Source: a virus
Reading direction: 5' to 3' (one strand)
IMG/VR virus record: IMGVR_UViG_3300046170_000299
Length of the DNA stretch: 64,000 nucleotides
In this document: positions 44,873 through 58,000 of the stretch, one piece after another
How the letters are laid out: every line of letters starts with the position of its first letter
Numbering within the stretch: position 1 is the stretch's first letter
Made by a program: the position numbers and the translations under genes
The notes under the pieces: model-generated
Databases searched by the model: none
Seen by the model: only the letters and a program-made list of their open reading frames with translations
What the model was told of the DNA's origin: nothing

Positions 44873-45264
44873 CATTAAGTACGATACCTGCTTTATATCA
44901 TCCATTAGACTTAACTACTGGTCATGGACCATGGTGTCCTGTAGGGTTTATACCGATTGCACCAACACCAGCAGATGCGAAGGTGCCAGTACCGACTGGA
45001 GCGAGTGCAAATGTGATCATTAACGGACGAAATGTACATAAAGTAGGTGATGTAACGTTACCACACTTTGCATTACTACCGATACCTGGTGATCTACACA
45101 GTGACACCATCGGTACAGGGTCTCCTACGGTCTTTGTGAACGGTACACCTATGGCAGTGGTCGGAAGTGTAGTTGCTTCTCCTGTAGGAGCATATGGAGG
45201 GGTCATTACAGGATATGGAGCATTGACTGTACAGGTTGACAGTAAGGGTGGTTCGATTATATAA
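44869..45264 (+). CDS. PAAR-family spike tip (gp5.4-like)
   Basis: TTGHG, V.ING..V..VGD...PH, H...I.TGS.TVFVNG.P...VGS. Confidence 0.8.
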   Translation: MTLSTIPALYHPLDLTTGHGPWCPVGFIPIAPTPADAKVPVPTGASANVIINGRNVHKVGDVTLPHFALLPIPGDLHSDTIGTGSPTVFVNGTPMAVVGSVVASPVGAYGGVITGYGALTVQVDSKGGSII

Positions 45265-45288
45265 TAGAAGAGTTAGTACGATTAAATT

Positions 45289-45435
45289 ATGGCGAAGATC
45301 AAGGCATCATTAAGTGGACAATCATTTGTGGAGGCGATTCCGAAGAGGAGTCGTCAAGGCACTGGAAAGCACACGAAGTATTCAGCAACATCTAGGAACA
45401 AAGCAAAGAAGAGGTATCGCGGTCAAGGCAAGTAA
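45289..45435 (+). CDS. Small very basic protein (48 aa, not in ORF track)
   Basis: MAKIKASLSGQSFVEAIPKRSRQGTGKHTKYSATSRNKAKKRYRGQGK; promoter TTGACA-N18-TATAAT at 45236-45265. Confidence 0.65.
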   Translation: MAKIKASLSGQSFVEAIPKRSRQGTGKHTKYSATSRNKAKKRYRGQGK

Positions 45436-45959
45436 TGTCTGAGTACATCGAACCAATGTTTGCAGTCCCAATCTTTCATCTTTATACGAAGGATTGGGAT
45501 AGTAAGAAAGAAGCTTTGCTTGATTTATCGAAAGCACAGGAATTCAAGAAAGATGTAGGTGAGTATGTTCCGAGTGACTTCAGAACACCTAAGGTCAAAT
45601 GGGAAGACATTGAACCATTAATCAGAGATGAATTGCAGAAGTTCAAAGATCAAGTGAAGATTGATTTAGAGGTTGATGCATATTGGTTTGAGAAAGGTGG
45701 TAAAGGTGATCAGCATTTATTGCATAATCACGGAGCTACAGGATTTAGTGCGGTAATGTATATCGAATACGATCCAGAGGAGCATACACCAACTCAGTTT
45801 GTATGTCCTTTCAATAATGTGATTGGATGGGTAGATATATACTCACCCAGAGATATACAAAGTGGTTCGGTAATATTCTTCCCATCCTTTGTACATCACT
45901 ACACATTACCTTGTGAGAGTGACAAAGAACGTCTGGTACTTTCTTGGAATATGAAATGA
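45435..45959 (+). CDS. 2OG-Fe(II) oxygenase
   Basis: W.E......HLLHNH...SAV.Y...FFPSF.HHY......R.VLSWN. Confidence 0.85.
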   Translation: MSEYIEPMFAVPIFHLYTKDWDSKKEALLDLSKAQEFKKDVGEYVPSDFRTPKVKWEDIEPLIRDELQKFKDQVKIDLEVDAYWFEKGGKGDQHLLHNHGATGFSAVMYIEYDPEEHTPTQFVCPFNNVIGWVDIYSPRDIQSGSVIFFPSFVHHYTLPCESDKERLVLSWNMK

Positions 45960-46636
45960 ATTTAATTTGTAATTTACCTGCGGAAAAGGTATGGGTACGT
46001 AAGGAATATCTACGCGATCATCAGGATGGTCACGGAGAATTTGTAGAAGGTGTCTGGGTATCTGCGAAAAGCATACCAGGACGCGCATTTTATTTTGAGA
46101 CTTATCTACCTGCATATGGTGCAATGTATGATAAACTTCCTATAAGTGCATTTCTCCGAGCGCCGAAAACACCGACGCCCGATATGTCTCTAGAGAACCT
46201 ACAATTCTGGAATTGTATGGATTATGGGGTCATGTGCATCAACAAGGGTTTTGTAAGCTCTATGGATGCAGAGATCTACACTCGTGACCATGGTTTGATG
46301 AATGGTCAGTATTTGTTTACATTAGACAACTACCATGCGAATCCAGATGTGATAGATAATAATGTGAGTGAAGTTCCTCAAGAACATAAGTCGCATAATT
46401 GTATTGCATTAGAGAATGGTCAGTATGCATTGTATCCTAATAACAGGACACGATTCTATGACCTCTCTATCACGCCTGAGCACCCGACATTCCCTGACTT
46501 TAAGGTTTCTACTATAGAATATCAAGTCGAGTCAGGAACAGACTGGGGACGTTTAGGTGACACTGATGAATATTTTTGGGAAACACATAATGAACGAAAA
46601 CAACGTAAGGAGACCACAGAAGATGGGCAACAGTAG
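45956..46636 (+). CDS. Conserved hypothetical protein
   Basis: ATGA-coupled start; VRKEYL.D....HGEF...S.KS.PGRA..FE...YDKLPISAF. Confidence 0.65.
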   Translation: MNLICNLPAEKVWVRKEYLRDHQDGHGEFVEGVWVSAKSIPGRAFYFETYLPAYGAMYDKLPISAFLRAPKTPTPDMSLENLQFWNCMDYGVMCINKGFVSSMDAEIYTRDHGLMNGQYLFTLDNYHANPDVIDNNVSEVPQEHKSHNCIALENGQYALYPNNRTRFYDLSITPEHPTFPDFKVSTIEYQVESGTDWGRLGDTDEYFWETHNERKQRKETTEDGQQ

Positions 46637-46796
46637 AGTTGACAAATCAGAAGACTTCAAGAAGTCTGGTATGACACTTATTACTGAAGTTGAAAGTGAT
46701 CGCTACATGCGTAAATCAGGAAAGAGGAAAGAAGTCCAAGAGGGCGAAATTTTTGACAATGATCTTGAATGGGCGGACGGATTTGTCGGTAAGTGA
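46623..46796 (+). CDS. Small hypothetical protein
   Basis: AGGAG RBS; MGNSRVDKS... Confidence 0.5.
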   Translation: MGNSRVDKSEDFKKSGMTLITEVESDRYMRKSGKRKEVQEGEIFDNDLEWADGFVGK

Positions 46797-46824
46797 TAAA
46801 TAGAAACAGCCTTGCTGTGTCTAA

Positions 46825-47214
46825 ATGCCCACCTTTCAGACATTTAAAGATCTGAGTATTACTTTTAAGAAGCATCCTGTGTCCAATGACTTGGTAACAG
46901 TGAAAGATAATGCAGCTATTGCACAGTCGATAGCTGTATTGCTTCAAACAAGTAAGGGTGAGAGACTATTTCAACCTGAATTAGGTTCTGATTTAAGAGA
47001 GATGCTGTTTGAACCATTAGATTTTGGTACAGCTGCACTTATTAAATCTAAGATTAATGACTGTATTGGTCGTTATGAACCTAGAGTGACTATCAAAGAC
47101 ATTCTTTGTTTTCCAGATGAGCAAAATGATGGTTATAGTGTTGAATTGTATTACACTATTACAGGAAATGACAGACCAGTGACGGCGACATTCTTCTTAG
47201 CTCGTACACGATAA
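46825..47214 (+). CDS. gp25: Baseplate wedge subunit gp25
   Basis: AI.QSI..LL.T.KGERLFQPELGS.L...LFEP...YEPRV. Confidence 0.92.
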   Translation: MPTFQTFKDLSITFKKHPVSNDLVTVKDNAAIAQSIAVLLQTSKGERLFQPELGSDLREMLFEPLDFGTAALIKSKINDCIGRYEPRVTIKDILCFPDEQNDGYSVELYYTITGNDRPVTATFFLARTR

Positions 47215-49010
47215 TGCCTTATACACAGGTTGCTAACTTAGACTTTGAGGAAATCAAAGTAACCCTGAAAGAATATTTGAAGGGTCAGACAGAATTTACT
47301 GATTATGATTTTGAAGGTAGTGCATTAGCAAACCTGATTGATGTCTTAGCTTATAACACCTACTATACGGCGTTTAACACTAATATGGTAGTCAATGAAC
47401 TATTCATTGATTCTGCCAGCTTGAGAGACAATGTAGTAGCGATTGCGAAGCAACTAGGGTACAGACCCAAGAGTGCTACCTCTCCTACTGCATATGTCTC
47501 TTTTAATGTAAATTATGGAACATCAACAACTGATACAGAACTAATTCTGAAGAGGGGAACAGGATTTATTTCAACTTATGACAACAACATCTATCAGTAT
47601 GTTACACTTGACGATGTAAAAGCACAAGTTGCTAACAATGTAGCTACGTTTACTGATATTCCTATTAGAGAAGGATCGCAAGTAGTTGATAGTTTTATTT
47701 TTAGCACTACAGCAAATTCCCAAAGATTTGTTCTTGACAACAAAAACATTGATACCAACACAATTAGAGTAAGGGTATTCCCGAGTGGAGGAAGTTTTAA
47801 CGAACCATACCTTGTAGCAGATAATATTCTAGGTGTTGACGGTACTTCAAAAGTATTCTTCCTTGATGAGATTGAAGATGGAAGATATGAAATTTTAATG
47901 GGTGATGGTGTACTGGGTAGAAAACCAGAAGATCAATCTAGAATTGACGTATCTTACATCACCACATCTGCTTCTGAAAGTAATGGCGTAAGTACATTTG
48001 TTTTTACTGGCGTACTAGAGAACCCTAATGGTGTGTCTCCCAATGCGTTTTCTACTAACATTACCTCTAGCATTGCCTCTGCAGGCGGTGAAGAGATGGA
48101 AACCACTCAGAAGATCAAATATACCGCTCCTAAGTCATACGGCACACAAGACCGTGCAGTGACCTCTCAGGACTATGAGGCAATTGTACGTAAAGTATAT
48201 CCTGCTACGAGTGATATCATTATTTTTGGTGGAGAAGATCAAGTTCCACCTGAGTACGGTAAAGTTTTCATTGCATTGAAACCAAATGATGCTAGTTACC
48301 TTACTTCTTTAACAAAACAGAAAATTATTGCAGATTTGAAGCAGTATGTTGTAGCTTCTGTTGAACCTAAAATAATTGATCCTTCTATTCTATTTGTTGA
48401 GATGAATAGTAAGATCTATTACAATGGATCTGCTACTGATCAAACAACATCACAGATTAGAGATAAAGTTATTGGTAATGTACAGTCTTATCTTGATACC
48501 AGTGATACTGAAAAGTTCAATGGTAAATTTAGATACAGTAAGATGGTAGGTGTTATTGATGATTCTGATAATACTATCAATTCCAATTTAACAGATATTA
48601 CAATGAGAAAGGATTTTTATCCTTCTCTTAATTCCACCTTCTATTACGAAGTGTGTTTTCAAAATTCTTTTGATAAGGACTGTGATGAACCAGTCCTGTC
48701 ATCCACTGGGTTTAGGGTTACTGAGTATCCTACTATGGATGTATATGTAGAGGACAGGGATAGCAAAATTATCCTATATACTCTAGATAGCGTAACTGGT
48801 GAAAAGGTTGTCCTTGACAAGGAAGTTGGCGATATTGATTATGTAAGTGGTGAACTTAAAATGTACAACTTAACTATCATTAAAGGTAGTTTCTTTGATA
48901 ATCGTATTTCTGTTAGAGTCAAACCCCTTTCTAATGATATCAAGGCACTTCGCGAAGTGTATCTTGACGTTGACGTTGCAAATTCCTCGTTCACTGCATA
49001 CAAAGAGTAA
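47214..49010 (+). CDS. gp6: Baseplate wedge subunit gp6
   Basis: LDFEEIK..LK.YL....FTDYDFEGS.L..LIDVLAYNTYY; APK.Y.TQDRAVT..DYE; P.YGKVFI..KP. Confidence 0.92.
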   Translation: MPYTQVANLDFEEIKVTLKEYLKGQTEFTDYDFEGSALANLIDVLAYNTYYTAFNTNMVVNELFIDSASLRDNVVAIAKQLGYRPKSATSPTAYVSFNVNYGTSTTDTELILKRGTGFISTYDNNIYQYVTLDDVKAQVANNVATFTDIPIREGSQVVDSFIFSTTANSQRFVLDNKNIDTNTIRVRVFPSGGSFNEPYLVADNILGVDGTSKVFFLDEIEDGRYEILMGDGVLGRKPEDQSRIDVSYITTSASESNGVSTFVFTGVLENPNGVSPNAFSTNITSSIASAGGEEMETTQKIKYTAPKSYGTQDRAVTSQDYEAIVRKVYPATSDIIIFGGEDQVPPEYGKVFIALKPNDASYLTSLTKQKIIADLKQYVVASVEPKIIDPSILFVEMNSKIYYNGSATDQTTSQIRDKVIGNVQSYLDTSDTEKFNGKFRYSKMVGVIDDSDNTINSNLTDITMRKDFYPSLNSTFYYEVCFQNSFDKDCDEPVLSSTGFRVTEYPTMDVYVEDRDSKIILYTLDSVTGEKVVLDKEVGDIDYVSGELKMYNLTIIKGSFFDNRISVRVKPLSNDIKALREVYLDVDVANSSFTAYKE

Positions 49011-49015
49011 AGTAA

Positions 49016-52000
49016 ATGCCTGCTGTAAAGACTAAGAGAATTTCTACTCTCATTGAGACGCAGCTTCCTTCTTTTATTACAGATGAATATGAACTTTTTA
49101 GTAAGTTCGTTCAGAAGTATTATGAAGAGCAGGAGGTGCAAGGTGGCACACTGGATATAATTAATAATATCCAAAAATATGCAGACATTGATTACTATGA
49201 ACAAAATATTCTTAGACAGTTTAATATCTTGGACACTACTATTTCTAGTAGTGCTGATACAATTGTATTGGAAAATGCAACGAGTTTTCCAAAAAGAAAC
49301 GGATTCGTAAAAATTGATGACGAGATCATCTTCTATGGTTCTAGAACAGACACTGAGTTAAGAGAGTGTTCTAGAGGCGTAAGTGGCAATACATCGCTTG
49401 GTGACTTATACGAGTCTAGTAGCTTCACCACTACGATTGCTGCATCTCATAATGCTGGACAAAAGGTTCATAACATTAGTAACCTTTTCTTATATGCATT
49501 AGTCAAAAACTTCGAGAGTCAGTATCTAGGTTCTTTCCCTCAAAAGTATCTTAAGGGTGAAGTAGATAAGAGAACTCTGATTAAAAATATTCAGAAGTTT
49601 TACAAAGCTAAAGGAACTACAAGTTCCATCAAGTTTATTTTCAATACTGTTATTGCTAAAACAGTAGATAACAAACCAGAAGTATATAAACCAAGAGATT
49701 TTACATACAAATCGTCCGAAGCAGATTGGATCAACGTTTATGCACTTAAGTGTAAGGTTGTATCTGGAGACGTAAAGAATCTGATCGGTAAAAAGATTGT
49801 ACAGACTCCTACTGAAGAATATGGTTATGCTGATTCAACAGTAGATAATGTATATGCTGATGGTACATCAGATGATGAAGTAATTTATAATATTGTATTA
49901 GCACCTGAGACAGTCAATGGTGCATTTGAAGTATCTACTAAAACTAAGCTTGAAAAAACCCTGTCAGGGACTGCGAGTTCAGGGGAATAGAATTGATGTA
50001 TTCTCTACTATCGGTTGGGGTAAGACAGGATCAGTATTAATTGGTGATGAGACGATTACTTTTGATAATAAGAACGTAACACAGTTTATTATTGATGAAA
50101 GGACGGCACAGACTGCTGTTCAACATGAAGTAGGATCTTCAGTGTACAAACCAGTAACCATTAGTGGTTCTGGCGTTGTTTTACTGACCTTAGGTGTTGT
50201 ATACAACTTACAACCATCTGATGCACAACCATATTCTGCTATTGGGGACAAGATTCAAATCTCAAATCCAGGATTTGAAACTTCCGACTCTAAGATTGTT
50301 CAGACTGGTACTAATCAAACTAGATGGGTATTAAGTTCAGGTGCTGCAGTCGATGTGCCTACGCTTCCATCAGTTGCATCTTCCTTAGATCAAGTTTCTA
50401 CTAACGTATCAGCGATCTTTGAAGACGAACAGTATTATTATATCACAAGTTCTAGTTATCCTTCACATAAAATCTTAGATGGGTCTACTGTTAATGAAAC
50501 TACACTAGATCAGAAACTGCTTCGTATCATTAGAAAGCAAGCAACTAGAACTACAGAAACATACAAAACACCTAAAAGAGATATTGGTATTGCTTTAAAT
50601 GGTGTACCTTTCTATGGATATAAAGATCCAGAGAGTATTAGGTTTGGTAAACTAGAAGAAATTAAGATTGATACTAGAGGTACTGGATACTCAACACCTC
50701 CATTTGTACTTATTGATCAAGTTGCAAATAAAGCTAGAGCAGTTCTTACTGGTCAGGTTGTAGAAAGAATCATTGTTGATACTAATGACATTTTCCCAAG
50801 AACTCCTGATATCACTATTACATCTGGTCGCAATGCATCCGTAAGTGCTATTGTAACTGGTGGTAAAGTCACTAGTCTTGTTATTGACAATCCAGGTGAA
50901 TTCTACTCTTCTGCTCCTTTAATTAGAATTAGAGATGCAGCAGGTCGTGGTAGATTTGCAGAATATATTTCTATTGTTAATACAGATGGTGTAATTACAG
51001 GATTTGATAAAATTGCAGAAGGTAACTTCTATAATCAAGATACTGTTATTGTCGATGTCATTCCAGTTGGTAATGGTGCATCAGGTATTCCTCTTCTTAA
51101 AGAATGGAACTTTAATAGATTTACAAAATTAGAAAATGAATTAGATACTGAGTATGGTTATATCTTTGCAAACTATAATAACGTATTAGAATATGGTTAT
51201 GGATATAATGCCAATCCTAAAGCTTTACGTGTTTCTCTCAGCGACAACATCAATAGTGCAGGAACTGAACCCTCTACAAAAACTCACTCTCCTATTATTG
51301 GATTCGCTTACGATGGTAATCCAATCTATGGTCCATTTGGTCATCAGGATCCACTAGATGCTACATCATCAATTGTAAGGATGACTTCTAGTTATAGTAT
51401 TAATGGAAATCGTTCTAATGGTCCATCATTAACAAATTATCCTCTAGGAACGTTTGTTAATGATTACACATACACTCATAAGAGTGGCACACTAGATCAA
51501 AACAATGGAAGATTTACAGTTACCCCCGACTTTCCGAAAGGAACTTATGCTTATTTCATTACTATTGATAGCAATCAAGTACCGCAATATCCATACATTT
51601 TAGGAGAGAACTTCTATTCTCTACCAGTTGATAGTAATTACAATTCTAATATTAATCAAGATGATATTCCTAAGAATTCTAGAAGATTCTATCAAGCAGG
51701 TATGCAGAGGAATGGCGAAGGTGTCATTGCTCAAATTGCAGAAGTAAAGCAAGGAAACGTAGAAGAAGTTAGAGTAGTAGATTCATCTACCAACTTCAGT
51801 ATTAACTCACAAATTTATTTTGATAATAAAGGAACAGAAGGTTCTGAAGTAGAAGCTATCGTAAACTCCGTGAAAGGTAAGAACGTTTCTTACTTAGAAT
51901 GTAAAGAAGATAGAGTCGTAAAACTAACGACAATCCAAAGTGCATATCTATTTGCTGATGATACATTAAACCAACCCTCCTCAGGAGCATCTGGTTCTAT

Positions 52001-55000
52001 TGTAGGTACAGTTAAGAACGATAACATTATTGTACTAAGAAATGTCAATGGTACTTTTGATGAAACGGGAACATTCTCTGCAACTATCAAAACGTTTACT
52101 ATTCTTTTAGACCAAAGAAGTTCATATACCAAAGGCGCTACTCTAAGTTTGACTGATGGTGTTAATACACCTATAGCTAAAGGTGAGGTGTTAGAAGGAA
52201 CTAACAGTCAAAACGTAGTTGAAATTAAAGTTACCGAGGGAACTTGGATTGTCAATGACGATTACTTCTTACAATCAGATGACCTATTCAATACTTCTGG
52301 AACTAAAGTTGTAAGACTTACTTCTCTTAGTGATGGACTTAATCCATTTGAAGTTAATCAAAGTGTTGCTTTAATTGAAACAACAGAACCTCATGGGTTA
52401 GGAATTGGAGATCAAGTAACGATTGATATCAATCCTAATGACGTAACCAAAACTAAGACCTATTATATAAGGAAGAGGTTGTATCAAGAAGCTATTCTTG
52501 TACCACCTAGCAATAAGTCTACAATTGACTTTACAGGTATTGGTCGTTATGAAATTCTCAATGGTGGAGCAGATTACACTGCTGGCACTTACACTAGTGT
52601 TGCTCTTACTGGCGGATCTGGCACTGGTGCCACTGCTACATTCACTGTATCTGACGCTGGCATAGTTTCTGGTATTCAGATTCAAGATGCTGGTAGTGGA
52701 TATGCACGAGGAGATTATCTTAGTGTTGCGGATGAAGATTTAGTAAGATCTGGTGCATCACAATCTACTGCAAGATTTACAATCTATGTTGGACACGTTG
52801 GTATTCCTGCTGGTGGTACAAAAATTACAGTTAGGAGTGTATTAGGATTTGCTGTTAACGATCTGGTTAAGATTGGTGAGGAAATTTTAAAGATTGTAGG
52901 TATTAGTGGAAATAATCTAAATGTAGATAGAGGACAAGAAGGAACTGATGATGTTGATCACTTTGATGGACAGGAAGTAGAATTATATAAAGCACAATAT
53001 AATTTTGCTGATAACTATCAGATCTTTACTGGTAATAATTCTGGATATATTCAATCTTACGATCCTGTAACTCATAAAATTGATATTGTATATGATTATG
53101 GAACTTTAAAGTCTACAGCTAATAAAGTAGTATTAAGTTCTAGTTTCTTTGACAGTAGCAATCCACAAAGACTGGTGTCAATTAAGTCTGCAGTAGATAT
53201 TGTTTACAATTTTGAGTTCTCAGAAGATAATAGTACATTTGTACCTAATCCAAATATTGATTTACAAGAATTCTACAAATATAAGTTTGACACGTCTCAT
53301 TCTAGTCTTACTGGGACTTATTTTGATATCAGTCCAAGTAATAACTACAATTTGATTACCGAGGAAAAAATAGAATCTACTATTCTTCCTGGCAATGCTG
53401 GTGCATTTACTGATGTTAAATTTGGATTTGGTTCTAGACTAACTGATAATAACTATCAAACAAAGACAGGAACTGATTTTACTAACTTCTATTATTTTGA
53501 CAAAAAGAATGTAGTTGATTCAGAAAATGCATTCTTCAAGATTATCACAGATCCTTTACAGGGAACTAAAAGTCTTAATTATGTTACACCAAATCGTTTT
53601 GTTTATGATGTTCCTAGATCTCCTCTTTGGGATGGTTCTGGATCCATTTCTTATACTACTACTGGTCAGTTTGCTATCGGTAAGATTAATACCTCGCAGA
53701 TTGTAAACTTAGGACTTAACTATAAGAAAGTTCCTGTTATTATTGGTGTAGACCCAACTGCAAGTTATAGAGCAGAAGCTACAGTTAAATTTGATGTTGC
53801 AACAAAAACTATCACTGGTGTAGAGATTACTGAGAAAGGTTCTAATTATGTAAACCCAAAAGTCTTTATTATTAATGGTGATGGTTCTGATGCCAAGTTT
53901 AACGTTATTTCTAGAAATGGTGAAATTGCATCTATTACAGTAGACAAAACTGGTAAAGGATATACATTTGCACCTGAAATCATTATTATTGAGGGTGATG
54001 TAGAAGCTTATGCAGAGAGCACATCTATTGGTGTTCCTAAGAGTGTTAATATCACTAGAAATGGTGGAGCATTCCATCTAGACAAAACTGTATCTTCTAC
54101 TTTCAGTTCAAATTACATTGTTGCTCTTAAAAACATCAATGGCAACTTTAGTATTGGTGAAACTGTAATTCAAAAAATTAATAATGTAGAAGTATTCAGA
54201 GCAACTGTTACTGAATGGAGATTCGGTTCTAACTTACTTAAACTTGAAAATGTACAAGGCATTATTCGTGAGAATATTTCTATTGAGTCTTTAAGATTCC
54301 CGATTGATGCAATTGTTAGTAAAGTATTTGTTTCTACCTTCCAAGAAAATATTTCTAGTTTCTATGATAACTTAGGATATTATACATCAGACAGAGGTAA
54401 GTTAGGTGTATCTAATCAGAAGATTCATGATAGTTCTTTCTATCAAGATTATTCTTATGTTGTTAAATCTAAGACATCTATTGAAGAATGGCGTGATCTT
54501 ATTAAATCCACTACACACCCTGCAGGATTTAAGTTATTTGGACAAGTAGATGTAGAAGCTACTGCAAGTTCTGAGATGCCAGTTGAGATGCCAAAGGCAT
54601 CACACTTTAGTGTTATTCAATTATGGGATCCAGCAAAGAATAAAATTACTGTTGAGAACACAAGTAGAATTGTTACTCAAACTGTACAAACAGTTGAGAA
54701 TCAAAGAATTCGTAAAGCAGTTGGTACTGCTGCTCCAAGTGAATTTTTATTCAATGAAGTTCGTACATTTGAATTATCTCTTGCATCAGCATTTGATGGA
54801 TACTATGATACAGATGGAAGACTACAAGGAACTACACAGTTCCAAATTTTAGTTGATGGCACACCATTTACTTTGTCATCAACATATGGCACTGTTATTA
54901 CTTTAGACGGTGTAATTCAAGAACCAGGCGTTGCATATACAATCTCTGGTGATCAGATTACATTCTCTGCTCCACCTTTAGGAGATGGAGTTAAATTTGG

Positions 55001-58000
55001 TTCTGATTATAAAGGTGTTACTTTCTATGGTAAAGTATTCCAATTCAAAGATGCACAATACAATACAAAGTACCTTAAAAAATTAAGAAACATTTTCCAA
55101 CGTGGTGGTACATGGATTGATGCTGCAAATCAAATTGAGAGAAATGTTGACTTTATTATTAATGAAACTATTGGGTATGGTAAATCAACTTATGGATCTT
55201 TAGATTGGGCGACTAAGCAAGATGATTATGAAAGAAACCTAAGAGCTATCTTAGATGCATATCAGCATGATTTAAGATTTGGTGGAAATATAAAAACAAT
55301 TGATTATTCTGCTATCTTTAATTCTGATGATGAATACCTTTATATTCAAAACAATAAAACAAAATCTATTGCTATTTTTGAATATGCAACTAGATTAGCA
55401 AAACTTGCTATCAGAAACTGGGATTGGATTGATGTAAACATCAATTATGTTCAAGGGTCTACTACAATGACAGTTAGTAGCACTAAAAATCTTGCTATCG
55501 GTTTATTCGTAAGTTCTGGTAGAGCATTCCCTACAGGAACAAAGATTCTATCTATTGATAGTGATACTCAAATTACATTAAACAATGCAGCACTAGCTAA
55601 CTCTGGTGGAGGAGGTGGTGCTCCTAGTGGAACCACTTTACTAAGTGGCACAGCAAGCAATGGATCTATTGCTACAAATACTGGTGCAGTTGCTCCTGGC
55701 AATACTTTCACTGTACCACCTGGTGCAACTGTCACAGTACCTCTTTCTTTCTCAGGTACAACACAAGCAGCATTCTCTTGGAGTGGTCAAAGCATTGGTA
55801 TGTTCTATAAAGCAGGACAACTTATTGCACTGAACAGAGCATACATTATATCAGAATCACTAACTTGGGCACAAGCACAATATCCTGCATTGAACTGGGG
55901 ATCTATTGCTACTAAGTGTGGCAGAGACATCGGTCTTATCCTAGATGCATATGTCTACCATCTTAAATTTGGTGGAAATGAAAAAATTGTTGAAGCAGCG
56001 CAGCTTTACTATCAGCAAAATGATTATCCATATGGTGAAGAGTTATATTACATCTCTGGTCAATTAACTGAAACTATATCTACATTTGAATATGTTAGAG
56101 ATCTAGCAATTCAAGCAATGAGAAATCAATTGCCTGGTACAGATCCTAATGTATTGATTGATTCTATCTCTCCTGTATGTGCAGAAGTAGAAAGTACATT
56201 GAATACCTATCATGATATTATTGATACTATTTTAACAGAAGGTAGAGGACTTGTAGAGAAAACAAAACAAAATTCTAATAAGTCTGGTAACTGGACAAGA
56301 GACTTAAGTTATTCCAACTACAATATCCTTGGTGATCCTTTACTTCCTGCAGAAGAATGCACAGTTGTAATTTCTGCAATGGATTCATTGTTTGATAACT
56401 TAGATGATGTTATTAGAGAAGAATCTGTAACAAGATCACTTCCAGATTATATTGATGGTGAAAACAAAGAATTTGAATTGTATTGGGATGATAATACTCC
56501 TGTAAACACAGAAGAAGATGAAGATCTATTTGTTACTATTAATGCTGTATTACAGAGACCCAAGTTTACTGATAATTATCCGTTACAAGATTCTTATTTA
56601 ATTGATCGAACTGTAATTCCCTAACAAAGTTAAATTTGACGTAGCTCCTATTTGGGATCAAGATTTGGGTGCAAAATCCATTGGTGAACCAACAGCTGTT
56701 GAAAAAGTAGTTGGTATTGGAGTTGGTAATTATAAGAGACTCACTATCGACTTTAATCTGGTAGACGGTATTAGAAATGGTCCCTTCTTAATTTTAGATG
56801 TAGAAGATTATACCGTACAGAGTATTGAATCTGAAGACAGCATGTATGTTTTCCTAGATGGTATTCTACAAGTAAAAGGAAAAGCATATACTGTATCTGG
56901 TCCTAATATTACATTTGCTAGTCCTATTAAAAAAGAACATAATGTTGATATTAGATATCTTTATGGTAGAGATGTTGGACAGGTTCTTAACATATATGAT
57001 TTTGCTCCTGATACATATTTTGCACAAGGAACACTATCCTTTCACATCTTCCACACCTATTCTAGATACCTTACTAGCATATGGTTGGATGGGTGATGCA
57101 ATTGGAACACCTATTCATTGTTGGCAACAAAGAGCTAATGGAACATATAATGTTATTGGTGAACTTAAGAATCCAATCAAAACAGGCAACAATGTTACAT
57201 TTGAAATTAAGTGTCAAAACCCTGTCATAGAAAGCGGTTTAGACTTTACCTTTACTGTTAAGGGATATTATGATCGAACATATGTCATTGCTGATGGAGA
57301 TATTAGTAATCAAACACTAACCTTCAAGAAAGACGAAGCAAATAGAAAACTACTCAAAGATGATAACGGACAGTGGTCTGGAACATTCTATGGCAAAACA
57401 TATAAAGCACCATTTGTATATCTTGCTAACAATGATAAGATCAGAGTAGAAGGTGAAGAAGGATTTAGAAATATCAAGAGACTTCCTACAGAAGCTACCA
57501 GTAAAGACGGTAGAGGTGGAGAAGCAACTACTGATGATATTTTTGGTACAGTCTCAATTGAGACTTATACTGGAATTACGAGAGGTGAAGGTCTATCTGT
57601 AGTAGCAACTATTGAAAATGGATCTGTAATATCTTTAACATGGAATCAACGCAGTTATGATCCTCTCACACAACCAACTGCATATCAATATTATACACCA
57701 CCAGTTCTCAAGTTTGAGTCACTGGATGGTAATGGTGGTGGTGCAAGAGCTAACGTTCTTGTAAGTAAAGGTCAGGTAATCAGTGTTGATCTACTCGATG
57801 GTGGTTCTGGATATACCACTACACCTAAGGTTATTACAACCAGAAGGTTTGATATTCTCAAAGAAAGAGACATTGGTGTTTCACTAATCAATATTGGTAT
57901 TAATCCATATGTTGAAAGTGGTGGATTGACTGCTACATCTGTTATCAGTGAAATTGATGAGTCTGGTCTTTCTTCTATTACTGGTATTAGTTCTGTACAA

